Shown here: positions 35,792 to 42,024 of the stretch, piece by piece | Layout of the letters: every line of letters begins with the position of its first letter | Position numbering within the stretch: position 1 is the first letter of the stretch | Assembly: GCA_046597055.1 (NCBI GenBank) | Contig: JBKJLC010000097.1 | Coordinates: 1-42,024, forward strand | Reading direction: 5' to 3' | Length of the DNA: 42,024 nucleotides | Source: Kofleriaceae bacterium | GTDB taxonomy: Bacteria; Myxococcota_A; Polyangia; Haliangiales; Haliangiaceae | Program-made: the position numbers and the translations under genes | Notes under the pieces: generated by a model | Databases searched by the model: none | The model's input: only the letters and a program-made list of their open reading frames with translations | What the model was told of the DNA's origin: nothing

Positions 35792-37365
35792 CCATCGGAA
35801 CCGGCACCTGTCCCCAGTGCGGCACCGGCTTCGACGCCCTGCGCGCTCGCTCGGTCCGCATCCTCGGCGGCTCCGTCGTCGCGTACTGCAGTGACCCGTG
35901 CAAGCAGGCCGCATCCGCCGGGACCACGCCCACCGTCGTCGCGGCCCCAGCCCCCGCAGCCGTTCAACCTGCCGCCGCAATTCCCGCTGCTGATGCTGCC
36001 GCTGCCGTTCCCGCTGCCGCTGCCGGTGCCGCTGCGGTTCCCGCTGCTGGTGCTGCTGCCGTTCCCGCTGCTGGTGCTGCTACCGCTGCCGTTCCCGGTG
36101 CGCCTGCCGCTGCCGCCGCTCATGCCGGAGCCACCCCGTCGCGTCCGGCTGCCGCGCCCTCTCATTCTACGAAGCGGCGTGGCGGGCGAACCTCGGCGCC
36201 ACCTTCGTCAGCAACTCCATCTCGGCCGCCGTCTCCCGCGCCCTCTCCATCGGCAATGCCGGCCACGTCGGCGTCTCCCTCTCCCTCTCCCCCACCAGAT
36301 CCGTCTCCGCTCGCGGCGCCCGCACCCGCGCCGCTCCTCCGTCCCCTCCGCGCCCCACGCCGCCTCGTCCGCGCCGCCGCCCTCGTCGCAACCATCATCG
36401 GCGGCGGCATGGCGATCGCCCTCATCCAGCCGATCTCCCCATCCTCTCCCGTCCCGTCCTCCGCCGCGACCGATCCAGCCGGCCCCCGCGCCCCGGCCGG
36501 CGCCGCCGCCGACAACCCGACCACCACCCCTCCACCGACCGGGTCCGCCCCCGCCGCCCCCGGCGCGCTCGCCGCCCCCGCGGCCGCGCGCGCGCGCGCC
36601 CTCACGGTCCTCCGCGGCCTCCTGACCTCACCGTCCACCCGCGTCGCCCGCGACGCCGCCCTCGCGCTCGCCCGCACGTGCGAGCCCGCCGCCCGCACCC
36701 AGCTCGCCTCCGCCCGCGCCGCCGAGACCAGCGAGCTATCCCGCCTCGCGATCGACTACACCCTCGCGCGCTGCGCCGACGCCCCCGCCCGCCAGCGCCT
36801 GGTCTCGGCCCTCACCAGCGCTCGCCGCGACGTCAAGGCCGACGCCGCCCGCGCCCTGGTCAACCTCGGCGACGACGCCGGCTTCGGCTTCCTGCGCACG
36901 CTCCTCGGCGTCGCCCAGCACCGCCTGGGCGCCGCCGAAGCGCTGGCGCCCCGCCGCGACCCCCGCGCGCTGACCGTCCTCACCACCGTCCACGCCGACC
37001 CGCGCGCCACCAGCGACGACCGCCTGCGCGCCGCGATCGCGCTGACCTCGGCCGGCGACGCCCGCCTCGCCGACACCGTGCGCGCCGCGCTCACCGATCT
37101 GCGCTTCCGGCCGGCCGCCGCGGTCGCGCTGGCCCAGCTCGGCGATCCGACCGCGCACGACGCCCTGGTCGGCGGCCTGGCCGCGCCGTCACTCCGGGTC
37201 GACGCCGCCCGCGCGCTGCGTCGGCTCGCGCCCGACCGCGACGTCACGCCGCTGCTGCCCGGGCTGCTGGCCGCCCTCGACGCCGAGCGCGACGCCTCGC
37301 AGGCGTCCGCGGCCGAGGCGCTCCTGATCCTGACCGGTCCCGCCACCGACGCGGAGCGGCCCTGA
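35788..37365 (+). CDS. Zn-ribbon (TRASH/YHS-like) + low-complexity linker + TM + HEAT/PBS-like repeat protein
   Basis: CPQC...YCSDPC; Ala/Pro/Ser linker; TM AAALVATIIGGGMAIALI; repeats such as VKADAARALVNLGD and PAAAVALAQLGD; ATGA overlap with the kinase. Confidence 0.8.
   Translation: MTIGTGTCPQCGTGFDALRARSVRILGGSVVAYCSDPCKQAASAGTTPTVVAAPAPAAVQPAAAIPAADAAAAVPAAAAGAAAVPAAGAAAVPAAGAATAAVPGAPAAAAAHAGATPSRPAAAPSHSTKRRGGRTSAPPSSATPSRPPSPAPSPSAMPATSASPSPSPPPDPSPLAAPAPAPLLRPLRAPRRLVRAAALVATIIGGGMAIALIQPISPSSPVPSSAATDPAGPRAPAGAAADNPTTTPPPTGSAPAAPGALAAPAAARARALTVLRGLLTSPSTRVARDAALALARTCEPAARTQLASARAAETSELSRLAIDYTLARCADAPARQRLVSALTSARRDVKADAARALVNLGDDAGFGFLRTLLGVAQHRLGAAEALAPRRDPRALTVLTTVHADPRATSDDRLRAAIALTSAGDARLADTVRAALTDLRFRPAAAVALAQLGDPTAHDALVGGLAAPSLRVDAARALRRLAPDRDVTPLLPGLLAALDAERDASQASAAEALLILTGPATDAERP
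35981..36120 (+). repeat. Imperfect coding tandem repeat (~24-bp unit gttcccgctgctggtgctgctgcc, VPAAGAAA)
   Basis: About 5 degenerate copies visible; T-ending codons unlike the surrounding codon usage. Confidence 0.8.
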
Positions 37366-38565
37366 ATGGCGCGCGACCTCCGCCTCTTCTATCTGTTCCG
37401 CCTGCTGGCGACCTCGTACCTGTGGGTCCCGATCTTCGTCCCGTTCATGATCTCGCGCGGGCTGACCTTCCGCGACATCATGATCCTCGGCGGGCTCTAC
37501 TGCGCGGTCGTGATCGTCGTCGAGGTCCCGACCGGCGCGTTCGCCGATCGGATCGGCCGTCGCCCGTCGATGATGTTGGGCGCGCTGCTCATGGTCGCGT
37601 CGTGCCTGATCGCCTACCAGGCCGACGGCTTCACCGACTTTCTCATCAGCGAGAGCCTGGCCGCGGTCTCGATGTCGCTGTGCTCGGGCGCCGACTCGGC
37701 CTACCTGTTCGATCTGCTCGCCGAGAACGGGGTCGCCCACGAGTACGGTCGCCGCGAGGGCACCGCGTCAGCCTGGCACCAGGCTGGCAGCGCGGTCGCC
37801 TACGCCGCCGGCGGCGCGCTCGCGATGATCGATCTCGCGCTGCCGTACCTGGTCACCGCCGGCGTCGCGCTCGCCGCGTTCGCGACCGCGCTGGCGCTGC
37901 GCGACGACCGACCTCGACTCGCGCCGACGCCACGGAGCTCGCTGACCGCCGAGTGGCGGGCCTGGACCCAGCACATGGGCGCGGCGCTCGGCGACGTCGT
38001 CCGCAACGGTCGCCTGGCCTGGATGATCGGCTATTCGGCCGTGGTGTTCGTGCTGCTGCGCGCGACCGTGTACCTCTACCAGCCGTTCCTGAACACCCGC
38101 GGCTTCTCGTACTACCAGGTCGGCCTCATCTTCGCGGCGGTCTACCTCACCGCCTCGTTCGTGGCCCACCGCGGCCACGCGCTCCGCCAGCGCCTCGGCG
38201 ACGAGACGCTGCTGTGGTCGCTGCTCGGCGGCCTCGCGATCTCGTTCATCTTGCTCGAGGAGCTGCGCGGTCCGTTCGTGCTGGTCCTGCTCGCCGTGCA
38301 GGCGGTCGCCAATGGCCTGTACTCGCCGCTGGTCAAGCCGCTCCTCAACCGCGAGATCATCGACTCGGGCCGGCGTGCCACCATCCTGTCGGTCGAGAGC
38401 ATCGTGCGCCGCGGCGCCATGGGCGTGTTCGCGCCGATCGCGGGCAACTACGGTGCGTCGTCGGCGATGACCCTCTACGGCGTCATCGGCCTGGGCGGCT
38501 TCGCGCTCCTCGCCGCGTTCGCACTCCGCGCCAGCGCCCTGCGCGGCGCCCCGACCCTCGACTGA
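37366..38565 (+). CDS. MFS transporter
   Basis: EVPTGAFADRIGRR (motif A), SGADSAYLFD and RATILS; ~12 TM; ATG directly follows the upstream TGA. Confidence 0.93.
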   Translation: MARDLRLFYLFRLLATSYLWVPIFVPFMISRGLTFRDIMILGGLYCAVVIVVEVPTGAFADRIGRRPSMMLGALLMVASCLIAYQADGFTDFLISESLAAVSMSLCSGADSAYLFDLLAENGVAHEYGRREGTASAWHQAGSAVAYAAGGALAMIDLALPYLVTAGVALAAFATALALRDDRPRLAPTPRSSLTAEWRAWTQHMGAALGDVVRNGRLAWMIGYSAVVFVLLRATVYLYQPFLNTRGFSYYQVGLIFAAVYLTASFVAHRGHALRQRLGDETLLWSLLGGLAISFILLEELRGPFVLVLLAVQAVANGLYSPLVKPLLNREIIDSGRRATILSVESIVRRGAMGVFAPIAGNYGASSAMTLYGVIGLGGFALLAAFALRASALRGAPTLD

Positions 38566-38596
38566 CCGACGACCGACCGACGACCGACCGACGACC
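38564..38596. repeat. Perfect tandem repeat (GACCGACGACC)x3
   Basis: Three exact 11-bp copies between the convergent MFS and GNAT stop codons. Confidence 0.9.
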
Positions 38597-38606
38597 GATC
38601 TCGCGG

Positions 38607-39134
38607 TCAGCCGCGGCGTCGCTCGAATACCAGCATCTCCCCGAGGTACGGGTGATCGCGCGTGCCGCACGGCTGCATGCCAACCCGCTCGATCACGCGG
38701 AGTGACGCGACGTGCCACGGGAAGGTCACCGCGTGCACCGCGGTCACGTCCGGCTGCGTCAACGCCCAGTCGACGCAGGCGCGGGTGCCCTCGCTGGCGA
38801 AGCCCTTGCGCTGCTCGGCCTCGTCGACGCCGTAGCCCACCTCGGCGATCCCGTTGGCGGGCCGGCCGTGGAAGATGACGCTGCCCACGATGCGGCGCGG
38901 CACCGTGCGCGTGATCAGCAAGGTGTCGCCCCACAGCCGGCACGCCGGATCCGCGCGGATGGCCTCGAGCGACGGATAGAACGCGCGCGCGATCAGATCG
39001 GGCCCCGGCCAGGCCGCCGGGATCGAGGCCTCGCACAGCGCCTCGGCGCGCGCCCGATCCGCCGCCAGCACCGCCTCGACGAAGGGCAACGTGATCGGCA
39101 CCAGCTCGAGCCGTTCGGTCAGGAGCGTCGGCAC
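38607..39134 (-). CDS. GNAT N-acetyltransferase (RimJ/RimL-like)
   Basis: [16 protein letters not shown]...QRKGFASEG and [11 protein letters not shown]. Confidence 0.92.
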   Translation of the reverse strand: MPTLLTERLELVPITLPFVEAVLAADRARAEALCEASIPAAWPGPDLIARAFYPSLEAIRADPACRLWGDTLLITRTVPRRIVGSVIFHGRPANGIAEVGYGVDEAEQRKGFASEGTRACVDWALTQPDVTAVHAVTFPWHVASLRVIERVGMQPCGTRDHPYLGEMLVFERRRG

Positions 39135-39160
39135 GCGCAGGATGGTACCGTACGACCACC

Positions 39161-40525
<1,365 letters not shown>

Positions 40526-40564
40526 TCGAACGATTCTAGCTGGTTACTGGCGGGAATCGCGTCG

Positions 40565-40593
40565 TTGACAGGCGGCCCGGTCGCCCGCAGACT
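40565..40593 (+). promoter_or_regulatory. sigma70-type promoter candidate for rimO
   Basis: Perfect TTGACA-N17-CAGACT, 10 nt before ATG 40604. Confidence 0.55.
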
Positions 40594-40603
40594 GCGCCGA
40601 TCG

Positions 40604-41992
40604 ATGCCTGCCCGCGCCATCAAGGACTCCGCCGCCGCCGGCCAGTCCATCTTCTTCGTGTCGCTCGGTTGCCCCAAGAACCAGGTCGACACCGAGGTGA
40701 TGCTGGGCCAGGTCCAGGCCGCCGGCCACACCCTGTGTGATGCCCCCGAGGACGCCGACGTCATCGTCGTCAACACCTGCGCGTTCATCGATCAGGCCAA
40801 GGCCGAGAGCATCAACACGATCCTCGAGATGGCCGAGCACAAGAAGGAGCGGGCGACCAAGCTGGTCGTGACCGGCTGCCTGGCCCAGCGCTACGCCGAG
40901 GAGATCGCCAGCGAGATCCCCGAGATCGATCACATCCTGGGCTCGAGCGACTTCCCCTCGATCGCCAAGGTGATCGCGCCGGCGCCGGCCACCGCCAAGA
41001 CGCGCCGCGGCAAGAAGCTGCCGATCATCCAGGTCAGCGACAAGCCGGCTTACATCTACGACCACGACGCGCCGCGCGTGCGCATCGGCCGCCGCCACTC
41101 GGCCTACGTGAAGATCGCCGAGGGCTGCGATCGGCCGTGCTCGTTCTGCATCATTCCCAAGCTGCGCGGCCCGCAGCGCAGCCGCTCGATCGCCGACATC
41201 GCCGAGGAGGTCACCAGGCTGGCCGGCGAGGGCGTGGTCGAGGTCAACCTGATCGCGCAGGACCTGACCCGCTACGGCTGGGATCTCGACGGGCGCCCGA
41301 CCTTGTCGCAGCTCCTGCGCAAGCTGGCGCGCACCCGCGATCTGCGCTGGATCCGCCTCCACTACACGTTCCCCAGCGCGTTCTCCGACGAGCTGATCGA
41401 CACCATCGCGGAGGAGCCCACGATCGCGAAGTACGTCGACGTGCCGCTCCAGCACATCGACGATCAGATGCTCAAGATCATGCGGCGCGGCCACACCTCG
41501 AAGATCACCTACGATCTGATCGAACGGCTGCGCACCCGCATCCCCGGCGTGGTCCTGCGCTCGACCTTCATCGCGGGCCACCCCGGCGAGACCGAGGAGA
41601 TGCACGCGCACATGAAGCGCTTCCTCACCGAGGTCGAGCTCGACCGGGTCGGCGTGTTCCCGTACTCGATCGAGCCGGGGACCACCTCGGCGATGCTGCC
41701 GCACCGGGTCGCCCCCGAGCTGGGCGACGCCCGGGTCGCCGAGCTGATGGAGCTGCAGCGCCAGATCAGCCGCAAGAAGCTCGAGACCCTGGTCGGCCAG
41801 GAGCTCGAGGTCCTGGTCGAGGGCGTGTCCGACGAGAGCGAGCACCTCCTCGAGGGCCGCTTCTACGGCCAGGCGCCCGGCATCGACGGCGTGGTCTACC
41901 TGGCCGACGGCACCGCGCCGGCCGGCAGCTTCGTGCGGGCCCGGGTCACCCAGGCCGCCGACCACGATCTCGCTGCCTCGCTCGAGCTCTGA
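40604..41992 (+). CDS. rimO: Ribosomal protein S12 methylthiotransferase RimO
   Basis: SLGCPKNQVD, NTCAFI..AK.ESI, radical-SAM GCDRPCSFC, IAQD.T.YG.D and TRAM-domain QAPGIDG. Confidence 0.96.
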   Translation: MPARAIKDSAAAGQSIFFVSLGCPKNQVDTEVMLGQVQAAGHTLCDAPEDADVIVVNTCAFIDQAKAESINTILEMAEHKKERATKLVVTGCLAQRYAEEIASEIPEIDHILGSSDFPSIAKVIAPAPATAKTRRGKKLPIIQVSDKPAYIYDHDAPRVRIGRRHSAYVKIAEGCDRPCSFCIIPKLRGPQRSRSIADIAEEVTRLAGEGVVEVNLIAQDLTRYGWDLDGRPTLSQLLRKLARTRDLRWIRLHYTFPSAFSDELIDTIAEEPTIAKYVDVPLQHIDDQMLKIMRRGHTSKITYDLIERLRTRIPGVVLRSTFIAGHPGETEEMHAHMKRFLTEVELDRVGVFPYSIEPGTTSAMLPHRVAPELGDARVAELMELQRQISRKKLETLVGQELEVLVEGVSDESEHLLEGRFYGQAPGIDGVVYLADGTAPAGSFVRARVTQAADHDLAASLEL

Positions 41993-42024
41993 TCGCACGA
42001 CCGTCGCCGCCGCGGCGACATGCG

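Noticed and set aside
35981..38596. CRISPR array from the repeats at 35981-36120 or 38564-38596
   Set aside because: The repeats are contiguous with no unique spacers, one set is coding, and there are no cas genes.

Overview
This is a very GC-rich, gene-dense bacterial chromosomal segment. It most likely comes from a myxobacterium (Myxococcota, possibly Haliangiales/Kofleriaceae-like). That placement is inferred from the eukaryote-like Ser/Thr kinases, sigma54 promoters, the split hemL-atpZ-atpI-atpB-atpE cluster and the coaX neighbourhood; no database search was possible. The left end is a mobile-element scar (IS91-like transposase tail plus a dead tyrosine-integrase fragment) at the 3' end of tRNA-Gly(GCC). 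Housekeeping genes are glmS, moaC, atpZ/I/B/E, hemL, gyrA, hflX, coaX, sdaA and rimO. Signalling genes are two Hanks kinases, REC-HDOD, REC-GAF-HD-GYP and a stand-alone cNMP-binding protein. There is also a sigma54-type small stress-gene cluster (BON, holin_3_6/YqjE-like, ElaB/YqjD-like) and a PNGase F-like lipoprotein. The most notable locus is ~34.1-38.6 kb: a stand-alone zinc finger resembling the N-terminal domain of ZZ-type bacterial histones, a highly structured intergenic segment, and a sigma54 promoter. These are followed by a tightly coupled three-gene unit encoding a Fam20C/Four-jointed-like secretory-type kinase, a Zn-ribbon/TM/HEAT-repeat protein and an MFS transporter. Many genes appear leaderless (TANNNT 6-9 nt before the start codon). 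No CRISPR array or rRNA was seen.
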